From the human T2T-CHM13v2.0 reference genome, Homo sapiens: DNA of 64,000 nt. Shown piece by piece: positions 15,880 through 28,140 of the stretch (position 1 is its first letter; every line of letters begins with the position of its first letter). The DNA lies in NCBI RefSeq assembly GCF_009914755.1, contig NC_060944.1; one strand, given 5' to 3'. The notes beneath the pieces were generated by a model, which was not told the origin of the DNA, searched no databases, and saw nothing but the letters and a program-made list of their open reading frames with translations. The position numbers and the translations under genes are program-made.

Positions 15880-17330
15880 ATTCTCCATGGCCATTGCTGA
15901 GCAAAACTTGACCAGAACCAATTCAAGAAAAGATTAGAGAATCCAGGCAACCCAATTGCCATAGGGGGTGAAATATTTCAAAGACCTGCCTTTCCAAAAC
16001 AGCATCAAGCACAGATGGTTTCCCAGGGCACTTCGACTAAACTTTGAAAGAACAGATAATTCTAATGTTTATCATCGTAGCTTTGTCTAAAGCACAAGAA
16101 AAAAAGAAAGAAAAACTTCAAATTTATTTTTTTCTTTGAAAATACTGTAACACTGCTACCAAAACCTGACAGTCAATACAATAAAAGAAAACTCTAGATC
16201 AAGTCCATGATAAAAAGTGATACAAAAATCCCAATAAAATGTTAGCAGACAAAATGCAGCAGCACATTAAAAAATAACACAGAATAACAAGATGGGATTC
16301 AATAGAAAAATTTAACAAGGAATACTAATAAATGTATTAATATAATTTATCATATAAATAGACCAAAAGTGGACATTCATCACCATAAATTCTACAAAAT
16401 GCCTTTATAGAATTTATGATGATAAATGGCATTATATATATATATACATATATATGTACACACATTTATGCCACATATATGTCATACACACACATAAAAT
16501 GCCATATATGCACACATATATGTTAATTTATATATATATACACACACACACACCATATCAAAATCCACTCTTGATTTAAAAAACCAATATGAAGTAGAAA
16601 TAAAATAATGCTATGAAATATGAATGATTATAGCCTAAAGTCAGCAATAGGTTTATTGGGGAAATACTAAACAGCATTCTCATTAATGTTAGCAATAAGA
16701 CAAAGATGCTGCTATCACCATTATTAGATAACATTGCTCAAGAAATACCAGCTAATATAAGAAAAATTTAAAAATTACAGTGAGAAACCAAGAAATGAAA
16801 TAATCATTGCAGAAGTTCATATGAGAAACTGGAATCTAATTTAAAACAAAAACAAACAATTCAAGAATTCAAAAAGTATCTGGGCACAAAAATATAATAA
16901 TACACAGACTTTAATAACCTTCATACATGCAAATTATTTGAAGATATGATGGAATAAGAAATGTCACATAAAGTAACAATCAAAAAAAGGTACATAAATA
17001 AATTTAACAAAAATATGAGCAATCTGTTAAAAAATACATTGTGACACAAAAACATGGAAAAAAATTCCATGTTCTTAGTATCATAAAGTTATTAAGCCCT
17101 CCTGGCTTAACTATAAATTGAGGGTGATCTAAATAAAAAGACAAGTAGTATTCTATTTGGAACAAGATAAATTCACTCTAAACTTCATATGAAAAAATGG
17201 GCAAGCAAAAATAACCTTGAATATTAAGGGGCAACAGTGAGGGTGGAGGATTAGGGCAAACAAATACTGAAGTTTATTATATAGCCACAGTAATTTGAAT
17301 ATTATACAGCCACAGTAATTTGCATGAATA
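15880..17330 (+). mobile_element. Highly degenerate L1M(E) ORF2 fragment with AT/CA microsatellite patch
   Basis: A-rich ORF2-like blocks (CCAAAACCTGAC, ATGCAGCAGCACATTAAAA, CTAAACTTCATATGAAAAAA). Confidence 0.65.
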
Positions 17331-18787
17331 GTAGTCTGATGCCCTTTCCATCCACTCTGATTCAGCATTTCAATTGGCCCAAACTTTGTCTAATATGGAG
17401 TTGGCTTTTCCATTTGTCCCTCTTGTTTTTCCTTCTTGTTTCTAGTGATTTATGTAGAGAGAGGGCATATGGCAGCTAAATACTGTCATCGTCAATCTAG
17501 AAATTTCTATTTCCTTTTGTGCCTTTTGAGCTTTTCACCATATACATATATCACTTATTAAAAATAAGTAGGAATGATTTTTTAAAACAAAATAAGGAAA
17601 GGTCAAATATTTAGCTTTGGTTATTTAGCCTTTCTAATTTGGTGGTCACATGATCTAACAAAGTCCTGAGGTCTCAGAGAGATGACCACAAAAGGCAAGG
17701 AAAGACTTGATTATTCCTGCTTTCACCTTAACAAAAATGAAAACAAAAGTGGTCCAGACTTTACCACTATGCAATTTGTCCACTTAGCCAAAAACCGCTT
17801 GTATGCCTAAGCTACTGAAAGAAAAAAAAAAAAGGAAAGGAAAAGGAAGTGCTCAGGTTTTTCAGTTTATTTGTGTTCTGACTGGAAGATGTCAATAAGA
17901 ATGTGTTCTGCTGTTAAGTGTTTGAGACTCATTGAAACACTGTCTCTGCAGTTTATGACACCATGGATGCACTTAAAGGTAAATGTTTCCCCTGTGTATA
18001 TGGCTGCTGAGCATAAAACATAATTTCACTATTTTAAATTCTTTGTATGATGTATCATTTTTATGTATTCACTACAGCAATTGTTCATAATTTTTTAGAG
18101 TTACTCAATACTGAGTCCTTGATGGGAAATGCAACCCTTAATTTTACTACTATTGCTTTAGAAACTTTATTTGGATTCCTGTTCATCTAGTTCATTTACT
18201 ATTGGGGCTTCCCTGAATACCTGCTGGTGAAATTGAGAAGTTGCCTTTTTAATGCTTAAATTTTGGAAGAAAATCTATGGTCCAGTAAGATACACAGTGA
18301 AGTGATAAGTTGCAGTGGCCTGCTCCATAATTTATTAATATTCGGCTTAGTTGCTTCAGCAAATAACTATACATTTACTTTATACTGACATAAAGACAAC
18401 ACATTATGGATCCAGAATTTCATAGTTTGCTATGTTCTGGGGAAATATGCCTTGAAGGCTTCTTAAGTCAAAGTTAAAATATAATTGATAGAACTCAGCA
18501 GTTTCAATCAAAGAATGAGTGTTGTGATATGGATTGCAAATCAGAAAAGTAAAGGTGAGTAAAATTTGCTCTGAATGTATAAGTTTTCCAATTGTTATCT
18601 CTTAATCCTCCAATAGGTGTGGAGTCCAGAGTCACACAGGGAAATGGAGTGCAAGATGGGGTTCACAGATACAGTTCTTTTGATTCCTTCTCAAATGCTA
18701 AAGGCCCTAGATTTGATGTTGCAGTTAAGGACTAAAGAAAAGGCAGATGAGGTGGCATATCATCTCCTCTGCATTTTATATTACTAG

Positions 18788-18900
18788 TGTCTCATGCCTG
18801 TACTCTCAGCACTTTGGGAGGCCAACGTGGGAGGACTGCTTGAGCCCAGGAGTATGAGACCAGCCTGGGCAACATGGTGAGGCCATGCCTCTATTATATA
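18788..18900 (+). mobile_element. FLAM / Alu left monomer
   Basis: CTCATGCCTGTA...GCTTGAGCCCAGGAG...CAGCCTGGGCAACATGG. Confidence 0.8.
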
Positions 18901-18972
18901 TTTTTTTAAATGTTAAAAGAATTCACAACTTATGACTTGAAGGTGGGTGGCATGTCAGAAATGGCTATATTT

Positions 18973-19353
<381 letters not shown>

Positions 19354-21619
19354 TCAATATTGGATTTACTTCAAAATTCCCTGGTGCTAGGGTTTTAGAT
19401 AACTGTCTTCCTTTATTCCTGATTCCTTCAGCAAACATCTTTTGAGCTTCCATCATGTGGAACTGCCTACAAAGTGCAGGAGACCAGATGATTAAACGCA
19501 TCATGGTTCTTGCCTTCTAAGTATCCCACAGTCTGGTGATGGAGACAGACATGGTATCACTTCATAAAGAAAGAACTGGCGGTTTTCTTAGGACCCCACA
19601 AAGTGTGTGTGTGGAGGAGGGCAGCTATGATGGGATCTGCTGTGGGTGGTTAGGGAAGGCATCCCAAAAAATTAAAGAAAAGCTGCATTTAGAAGACATA
19701 GACATGTGATATCAAGAAACATCTTGGGCCAAGGCTAAACAACTACACAGAGATCTCTTTGATTGTCCAATTAGGCAGAGACACAGGAGTATGTGCAGAA
19801 GTGAGAGGAACAGGACCCAACTGAGATCTCCAGCCTGGCCTATACAATCTTGTGGCAGAAAGTTAAGGGAGCCCATGGGGTCTGATTTTCTTCCTCTCCC
19901 TTTGGAAGGCAGAGAGGAAAACAGCAGGGTTTCTTTATTCCCCCAATTAGTGGTAAATTGTATTGCTGAAACTCTCTGACACATGCCTACCACACTAGCC
20001 TAGAGTTACATCAGTTTTAACTTCTGGTACTAATATCAGCAAGAGACAAAGGGAGAGAGAGAGAGAGAGAAAAAAAAAAAGAGTATTTCATTTGACTATT
20101 CTTTGATCACCACCTGCAATACCAACCTTGGGGGAGCTTTAGCATTTGATGAGAAATCTGCAGATTCAGAAATGCTATGTCTGCAAATTCAATCATGTAC
20201 TCAGTTTCGTTGTGTGACTCTGGGCTTCACACATACTTGGTAATTATAAAGCAGCAACTGGAAAACCTATAAACTCAGAGCAAATTTCATCCACTTTTAA
20301 TTTTCTGATTTTCAGTCTACATCACAATATTCACTCTTTGGTTAAAAATGTTGTACTCTACAAATTATATTTTTGCAGATCATCTTTCTTAAAACACGCA
20401 TTCAGCATTTTCATCTTAGAAGCTACTCCACATTAAGTAACACCATTTCTGCAAACCGTAACTTTAATCACCATTTCTCAAAATACGTAAATTCACTGTT
20501 CATGGTGGATTTACTTAATCAAGTATCCATGGTATGTGAGTGTGTTTGCGTGCATGTGTATAGGTTGTACATTGCATTTCATTGACATTCTTCTCGGCAC
20601 TTAGAAAAGGGGTTGTTTGCACATAGTAGGAATTTAATAAGTTGAAAATATGAAGGACATGGTATTCCCACTAAAAGGATGTAATCATTTTGGATTAAAT
20701 GTGAATAACCATCTGGATCTACAATCAGCCATCCAGGGTAGACACCCAGGTGTTATCAACCTACCACCTGCAATGAAGAGAGGGCATTGGAGGGGCGATT
20801 CAAATCAGTTTCCACTTTTTTAAACAGGAATTAAAATAGAAATGTATTTTGTCAGACTGGAAAATGCCATTTTGAAAACCATAATTGTGAACTGCATTTT
20901 CCCAACAAGTTATGATGGTAGACACCCACAAACAGCTGTTTGTGGCTTCCTTGAGTATAGGAACAACACAAGAAAGAAACAAGCTAACAGTGTATATAGT
21001 CTCTCCCAGGTGCTCTAGCCACCACCTCCAGCAAGCCTGGAAACCAGCTGACCTGTGAAAGTCCAGCCAAGTGACTGCTTCAGAAGTGATTAGAGATGGC
21101 CAATAACCGCCTCTCAGGAGTTCTGCTGAACTCAGCTAATGCCACTTTGCTTGGAATTTAAATCAAATTGTATTCTGTCCATTAGGAGATAAAGAAACAA
21201 ATGTATCTTAAACCTGTCTTGTCTCTTTCTTCTCATCACTCTCCCCACTACCTTGGCCAAGATTTTTTTTTTTAAGATAATGGGAAAACAGTCTGCATTT
21301 ATTGCTTCAGGTGCTGAGTTCAGACAAAACTTTTCCTTTGTCCACTGGGATGGCTTTCATGTTTGGAAAGAACTCTTGAAAATGCAGAATTAGCCCATCT
21401 GTTCCATTTTCAGTTTTCTGTGGAGACTCTGCTTATTCTGTCTTTCATAGACTCTGGTTCCAAACTATACTCATGTTATAACCATTGTCGTCTCCTATAT
21501 CTGTACTTACATACTTCCCTGTTCAATAAATTGCTACTGAAACAATGAGAAAAATCTAAAACCGTAAAACTGACTACTTTCATTTGCTTTTTTATTCTAT
21601 AATGCAGTTGTTCTGGAAA

Positions 21620-22337
21620 TGATGCAGAAGGGCTGGACCCCGGCTAAACCCCACTCTTAAGCCTGGAACCATGGCCCTAAGTGAAAACAGCTGACCCCAT
21701 TTTTCTGTGCAAATGTTGCCTTTTTGGCCTGCCCCGCCCCTATCTTGTGCCCATAAAAGACTTCAGCTGGCAGAGCAATACTAGCGGCTGAGCTTTGAAG
21801 ATACAAGTGGCTGAGTGTTGGAGACTACAGACAGACAAAGCTAACTTCAGAATGTACAGCTTCGGAAAGGGGCCCAGCTGGAAATAGCCGGGCTTCAGAG
21901 GAAGATCACCCTCCCTTCCCCTTTCCAGTCTCCCTTTCTGCTGAGAGCCACCCACCGCTCAGTAAAGTCTTCCACATTCATCACCTTTCAAACATTCCTA
22001 TGACCTGATTCTTCCTGGATGTCGGACAAGAACCCAGGTGCCAAGAGGGCAGGGGCTGCCACCCTGACCCTCCACTGAGCCAGTTGACACTTGGCCATCC
22101 CTAGATGGCAGCTGAAAGAGCTTTGGTTGTAACACACTTGGAGGCTGCCGTGAGGTCTGCACAGAGCCTGCTCCCACCAGAGAGGAGCCACTGACTGGTT
22201 CTAGCATTCATTCACTCTGGTTCCTGCAGTCCCTTGCTCACATACTCCCTCCTGTGAGGAATGGCCAGCAGCAGACTATGATATGAGCCACTCCAGTTCC
22301 AGCCTGTGAAGGGGGTCAAGGGAACTATCCCATCTCA
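21620..22337 (+). mobile_element. ERV1 solo LTR (LTR27/LTR28-like)
   Basis: TG...CA-bounded ~720-bp GC-richer block: TGATGCAGAAGGGCTGG...GGGGTCAAGGGAACTATCCCATCTCA; GC box and CATAAAA; TSD not convincing. Confidence 0.75.
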
Positions 22338-22446
22338 GTACAGTATTATATAGTTACAAATTTTCGGAGTATCTTAACTGAGAAGAAAATGGCATTGTTT
22401 TCCATACCAATTAGAATAAGAAATGCTTGCAAAGAATGACAGTAAA

Positions 22447-22745
22447 GGTGTGGTGGCTCATGCCTGTAATCCCAGCACTTTGGGAACCAAAGTGGGCAGA
22501 TCCCTTGTTGCCCAGGCTTGGCAACATAGCAAGACCTTGTCTCTACAAAAAATACAAAAAAAATTAGCCAAGCATGGTGATGCATGCCTATAGTCTCAGC
22601 TACCCAGGAGGCTGAGGTCGGAAGATCACCTGAACTCAGGATCGGGGGTGAGTCAAGGCTGCAGTGAGTGAGCCGTGATGACGCCGCTGCGCTCCAGCCT
22701 GGGTGACAGAGTGAGACCCTATCTCAAAAATAAATAAATAAATAG
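22447..22745 (+). mobile_element. AluJ
   Basis: Dimer with GTCAAGGCTGCAGTGAG and (AAAT)n tail. Confidence 0.9.
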
Positions 22746-23233
22746 TATTACATCTTAAAAGCTTTACAAATGCTTTCATACAAATGTAAATTTCTTACAG
22801 GAGAGTCCATCTAAAGAGTACCTGTATGTTCATTAAAATAATCTAAAGAATTTAAAAGTCGTTACCTCTAATAAATGATATCTTTGCCCTCAGTGTGTAA
22901 AATTATGTTTAGTTATTTGAATATTTTGTTTAAAAATACTTCTCTACCTGTTGTAGTGTATATAGGCTAAGTAATTTAGTAATAAAGCATTGTTTTAGAA
23001 ACTCAATTTGGGAAATTTCCAGTTGTATGATTAGTGTGTTTCTATTAACACATGATAGGACCTTTAGTTAACTGTAACCGGCAGCATTTATTGCTTGCTT
23101 AGTGTGTGGAACATCTTGTCCTAGACATTGTACTTGTATTAATTGGTTTATTTTCATATCAACTTTCTGAAGTACATGTTATTATTTGATCCATTTTATA
23201 GATGAATAATTTGAGACACAAAAGGGTTAAATA

Positions 23234-23483
23234 GCCCAGGTGCAGTGGCTCAAGCCTGTAATCCCAGCACTTTGGGAGGCTGAAGCGGGTGGATCACTAG
23301 GTCAGGAGTTTGAGACCAGCTTGCCCAACATGGTGAAACCCCGTCTCTACTAAAAATGCAAAAATTAGCTGCGTGTGGGGGCGTACCCCTGTAATCCCAG
23401 CTACTTGGGAGGCTGAGGCAGAAGAGTTGCTTAAACTCGGGAAGTAGAGGCTGCAGTGAGCCAAGATTGCGCCACAAGAAAAA
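23234..23483 (+). mobile_element. AluS lacking its 3' ~38 nt, inserted in a MIR
   Basis: Body ends at GCGCCAC; TSD AAAAGGGTTAAATA on both sides; MIR core CCATTTTATAGATGA upstream. Confidence 0.9.
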
Positions 23484-24315
23484 AAAAGGGTTAAATAATC
23501 CACAAAAGTTCTCATGGACAGCAAGTGTCCACGTGGTATAGAGTCCTAATTTTTCCAGTCTTAGCCTGTGCTGTTATCCACTCTAATATGCTGTGTTCTC
23601 TATGCAGCCTTGCTAAGGAGTGACCTGCAGTCATTACCATTTGTTGGCTCTTTAGAGTGATATAAGGAATGCCTCTGTTGAGGAGGCTAATTGTCCTAGG
23701 ACTCTGGGTTTCTGCTACCAGGAAAATATATATACACATTTAAAAAAAAAAAAATGGAAGCATGAGATTTCTAATTCTTTATTTTGCTTTGGGAAAGTAT
23801 TTTTCTAAAAAAAAAAAAAAATACCCACCCATTAAATTGTCACATAAAGGAGAGAAAATTTTAATGTCAAAATGTTGAGAAGATATCAAACTAGATTTAG
23901 CTTTACAAGAATTTTACTACACTGCCTTTTTGTTTCTCTTTCTGCCGTGGACTAGAAAAAGTTGTCACAGTTTAACATTGGCCCATAAACCCATTCTCAA
24001 AATTTTCTGCTCTAGAGTATATCGTCTACATTGTCTTTTGCTCTCTTCCTCCTTCTTAATCTTCTTCTTCTTCCCCTTGTCCTCCTCTTACCTTTCTCCT
24101 CCTCCTTCCCTTCTTTTTCCTTACTTGTCCCCTACTGGTAGTCATCAAGGATTTGGTCAAATAGAAGCCAACAGGAAGAAAGAAAGGATCAGGGCTTGGA
24201 AAACCTACATGCTTAATAACCATTCTGTGGCTATTTAAAAATTAATAATAGTGGGTGGTTATTATTAACCCAGTACTGTCCCTCGCTCTTGAATCAATGT
24301 ATCAAATGTTCTCAC

Positions 24316-24764
24316 TGTCAGGCCTCTGAGCCCAAGCCAAGCCATCACATCCCCTGTGACTTGGACATACACGCCCACATGGCCTGAAGTAACTGAAGAA
24401 TCACAAAAGAGTGTGAATATGCCCTGCCCCACCTTAACTGATGACATTCTACCACAAAAGAAGTGTAAATGGCCGGTCCTTGCCTTAAGTGATGACATTA
24501 CCTTGTGAAAGTCCTTTTCCTGGCTCATCCTGGCTCAAAATCACCCCCACTGAGCACCTTGTGACCACACTCTGCCCGCCAGAGAACAACCCACCTTTGA
24601 CTATAATTTTCCTTTACCTACCCAAATCCTATAAAATGGCCCCACCCCTATCTCCCTTCGCTGACTCTCTTTTCAGACTCAGCCCACCTGCGCCCAGGTG
24701 ATTAAAAGCTTTATTGCTCGCACAAAGCCTGTTTGGTGGTCTCTTCACACAGATGCGCATGAAA
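24316..24764 (+). mobile_element. Solo LTR7 (HERV-H), independent insertion
   Basis: Full LTR TGTCAGGCC...CATGAAA with its own 5-bp TSD CTCAC (24311-24315, 24765-24769); no PBS follows; ATTAAA at 24701-24706. Confidence 0.96.
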
Positions 24765-24969
24765 CTCACATTCCTGTGATTTTTTTTTTTTTTTTTTGGC
24801 TCCCTCTCTTTGCTTTATCTTCCCATGTGCAGGATATCCTCCTGCCCTTTCCAAACTCATCCCAATCTCCAAAGCCCTTTTCTGATATCAGTTCCTTCAT
24901 CAAAATGCCACCATCTGTAGCACACCCTGCCACTGCCTCCTGTTTCTCTTCTGCACTGACCCTCCTTGC

Positions 24970-25187
24970 TCCTCATATAAGGTAAATCGGAAGCATATTC
25001 CACATCATTTCCTGGAGCTTCCCAGTGAGATTGAGCTCCCATTGTCCCCAGTGATAATTTACTTAAAAACTCATGCTTTATCAATATCCCCTCATGCTTC
25101 AGTGTTTCCTGGGAGTGCTTTCCCAATAAACCACTTGCTCTTGGATCCTCATCTCAGAATTTGCTTCTAGGAAAATTAACTAAGATA
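24970..25187 (+). mobile_element. Ancient ERVL-type LTR 3' part (LTR16/LTR33-like)
   Basis: CCCAATAAACCACTTGC...TCTCAGAATTTGCTTCTAGGAAAATTAACTAAGATA resembles the LTR16-family terminus; 5' boundary uncertain. Confidence 0.65.
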
Positions 25188-25192
25188 GTATC

Positions 25193-25649
25193 TGTCAGGC
25201 CTCTGAGCCCAAGCCAAGCCATCACATCCCCTGTGACTTGCACGCATATATAAGCCCAGATGGCCTGAAGTAACTGAAGAATCACAAAAGAAGTGAATAT
25301 GCCCTGCCCCACCTTAACTGATGACATTCCACCACAAAAGAAGTGTAAATGCCTGGTTCTTGCCTTAAGTGATGACATTACCTTGTGAAAGTCCTTTTCC
25401 TGGCACATCCTGGCTCAAAAAGCACCCCCAATGAGCACCTTGCGACCCCCACTCCTGCCCGCCAGAGAACAAACCCCATTTGACTGTAATTTTCCTTTAC
25501 CTACCCAAATCCTATAAAACGGCCCCACCCTTATCTCCCTTCGCTGACTCTCTTTTTGGACTCAGCCCACCTGCACCCAGGTGAAATAAACAGCCATGTT
25601 GCTCACACAAAGCCTGTTTGGTGGTCTCTTCACACGGACGCACATGAAA
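25193..25649 (+). promoter_or_regulatory. 5' LTR7 of HERV-H (LTR7up-like) promoter
   Basis: ACAAAAGA at 25284-25291 and 25334-25341, TATAAAA 25513-25519, KLF/Sp-type CCCCACCC right after the TATA box, AATAAA 25585-25590. Confidence 0.95.
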
Positions 25650-25651
25650 TT

Positions 25652-25669
25652 TGGTGCCATGACTCTGAT
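25652..25669 (+). other. Primer-binding site, tRNA-His
   Basis: TGGTGCCATGACTCTGAT 2 nt after the LTR end; 16/18 match to the complement of the tRNA-His 3' end (TGGTGCCGTGACTCGGAT). Confidence 0.93.
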
Positions 25670-25792
25670 CGGGGGACCTCCCTTGGGAGATCAATCCCCT
25701 GTCCTCCTGTTCTTCGCTCTGTGAGAAAGATCCACCTACGACCTCAGGTCCTCAGACCGACCAGCCCAAGGAATATCTCACCAATTTTAAAT

Positions 25793-25801
25793 CCGGTAAG
25801 C
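25793..25801 (+). other. HERV-H major splice donor
   Basis: CCG|GTAAGC about 150 nt downstream of the 5' LTR, the usual position of the HERV-H leader donor. Confidence 0.8.
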
Positions 25802-26085
25802 GGCCTCTTTTTACTCTCTTCTCCAACCTCCCTCACTATCCCTCAACCTCTTTCTCCTTTCAATCTTGGCGCCACACTTCAATCTCTCCCTTAATTTCAA
25901 TTCCTTTCATTTTCGGGGAGAGACAAAGGAGACACGTTTTATCCGTGGACCCAAAACTCCAGCGCCGGTCACGGACTGGGAAGGCAGCCTTCCCTTGGTG
26001 TTTAATCATGGCAGGGATGCCTGATTATTCATCCATGTTTCAAAGGTGTCAGACCACACAGGGACGCCTGCCTTGGTCCTTCGCC

Positions 26086-26430
26086 CTTAGCGGCAAGTCC
26101 CGCTTTTCTGGGGAAGGGGCAAGTACCCCAACCCCTTCTCTGCTTTTCTGGGCAAGGGGCAAGTACCATAACGCCTTCTCTCCTTGTCTCTACCCCTTCT
26201 CTGCTTTCCTGGGGCAAGGGCAAGTTTCCCTCAACCCCTTCTCCTTCACCCTTAGTGGCAAGTCCCGCTTTTCTGGGGGGCAAGAATCCCCAATCCCTTA
26301 TTTCCGCACCCCAACCTCGCATCTCTGCGCCTCGATCCCTTATTTCGGTGCCCCGACCCCTTACTTCTGTGCCCCATCCCTTATTTCTGCCCCCCGACCT
26401 CTTATCTCTGCACCCCAACCCCTTTTCCCA
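26086..26430 (+). repeat. Tandem repeat arrays of the HERV-H pre-gag leader
   Basis: About 4 copies of TTTTCTGGGGCAAGGGGCAAGT-like units, then about 6 copies of a ~21-bp CCCTTATTTC(C/T)GCACCCC-like unit. Confidence 0.8.
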
Positions 26431-26511
26431 CTTTTCTGGAAGGTAAGAACCCCCGAACCCCTTCCCTCTGTTTCTCTACTCTCTCTTTTCTCTAGGCTTG
26501 CTTCCTTCACT

Positions 26512-27724
26512 ATAGGCAACCTTCCACCCTCCATTCCTCCTTCTACTCCCTTGGCCTGTGTTCTCAAAAACTTAAAACCTCTTCAACTCACACCTGACCT
26601 AAAACCTAAATGCCTTATTTTCTTCTGCAATGCTGCTTGACCCCAATACAAACTCGACAGTAGTTCCAAATAGCCAGAAAATGGCACTTTGAATTTTTCC
26701 ATCCTGCAAGATCTAAATAATTCTTGTCGTAAAATAGGCAAACGGTCTGAGGTGCCTGACGTCCAGGCATTCTTTTACACATGAGTCCCTTCCTAGTCTC
26801 TGTGTCCAGTGCAACTCATCCCAAATCTTCCTTCTTTCCCTCCCACCTGTCCCCTCAGTACCAACCCCAAGCGTCACTGAGTCTTTCTAATCTTCCTTTT
26901 CTACAGACCCATCTGACCTCTCCCCTCTTGGCCAGGCCGAGCTAGGTCCCAATTCTTCCTCAGCCTCTCCTCCTCCACCCTATAATCTTTTTATCACCTC
27001 CCCTCCTCACAACCCTGGTCCAGCTTACAGTTTCATTCCGTGACTAGCCCTCCCCCACCTGCCCAGCAATTTACTCTTAAAAAGGTGGCTGGAGCCAAAG
27101 GCATAGTCAAGGTTAATGCTCCTTTTTCTTTATCCCAAATTAGATAGCGTTTAGGCTCTTTTTCATCAAATATAAAAGTCCAGCCCAGTTCATGACTTGT
27201 TTGGCAGCAATCCTGAGAAACTTTACAGCCCTAGACCCTAAAAGGTCAAAAGGCCGTCTTATTCTCAAAATACATTTTATTACCCAATCTGCTCCCGACA
27301 TTAAATAAAACTCCAAAAATTAAATTCCAGCCCTCAAACCCCACAACAGCATTTAATTAACCTCGCCTTCAAGGTGTACAATAATAGAAAAAAGTTGCAA
27401 TTCCTTGCCTCCACTGTGAGACAAACCCCAGCCACATCTCCGGCACACAAGAATTTCCAAACACCTGAACCGCAGCAGCCAGGCGTTCCTCCAGAACCTC
27501 CTCCCACAGGAGCTTGCTACACATGCCAGAAATCTGGCCACTGGGCCAAGGAATGCCCGCAGCCCGGGATTCCTCCTAAGCCGCGTCCCATCTGTGTGGG
27601 ACCCCACTGAAAATCGGACTGTTCAACTCACCTGGCAGCCACTCCCAGAGCCCCTGGAACTCTGGCCCAAGGCTCTCCGACTGACTCCTTCCCAGATCAT
27701 CTCGGCTTAGCGGCTGAAGACTGA
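26512..27724 (+). pseudogene. gag: HERV-H gag, defective
   Basis: MA start (M>I)GNLPPSIPPSTPLACVLKNL with ATA in place of ATG; stops at Trp positions; intact CCHC knuckle CYTCQKSGHWAKEC (27515-27556); broken second knuckle RPICVGPH*KSDC; terminal AAED-TGA (27722-27724) in frame with pro. Confidence 0.93.
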
Positions 27725-28140
27725 CACTGCCCGATGGCCTCAGAAGCCCCCTAGACCATCACGGACACTGAGCTTCCGGTAACTCTCACAGTGGAAGGTA
27801 AGCCCGTCCCCTTCTTAATCAATACAGAGGCTACACACTCCACATTACCTTCTTTTCAAGGGCCTGTTTCCCTTGCCTCCATAACTGTTGTGGGTATTGA
27901 CGGCCAGGCTTCTAAACCTCTTAAAACTCCCCAACGCTGGTGCCAACTTAGACAATACTCTTTTAAGCACTCCTTTTTAGTTATCCCCACCTGCCCAGTT
28001 CCCTTATTAGGCCGAGACACTTTAACTAAATTATCTGCTTCCCTGACTATTCCTGGACTACAGCTATATCTCATTGCCGCCCTTCTTCCCAATCCAAAGC
28101 CTCCTTTGCATCCTCCTCTTCTATCCCCCACCTTAACCCA
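27725..28140 (+). pseudogene. pro: HERV-H protease, catalytically dead
   Basis: FLINTEATHS in place of FLIDTGA; VVGIDG flap region and PLLGRD motif retained. Confidence 0.92.

Noticed and set aside
24316-25649. Solo LTR as a tandem duplication of the proviral 5' LTR, or as the LTR of a larger provirus
   Set aside because: It has its own TSD, a different R-region haplotype and no PBS, and the spacer is not HERV-H sequence
26086-26430. Repeat array as a CRISPR-like structure
   Set aside because: Degenerate tandem units without unique spacers inside a retroviral leader in primate DNA
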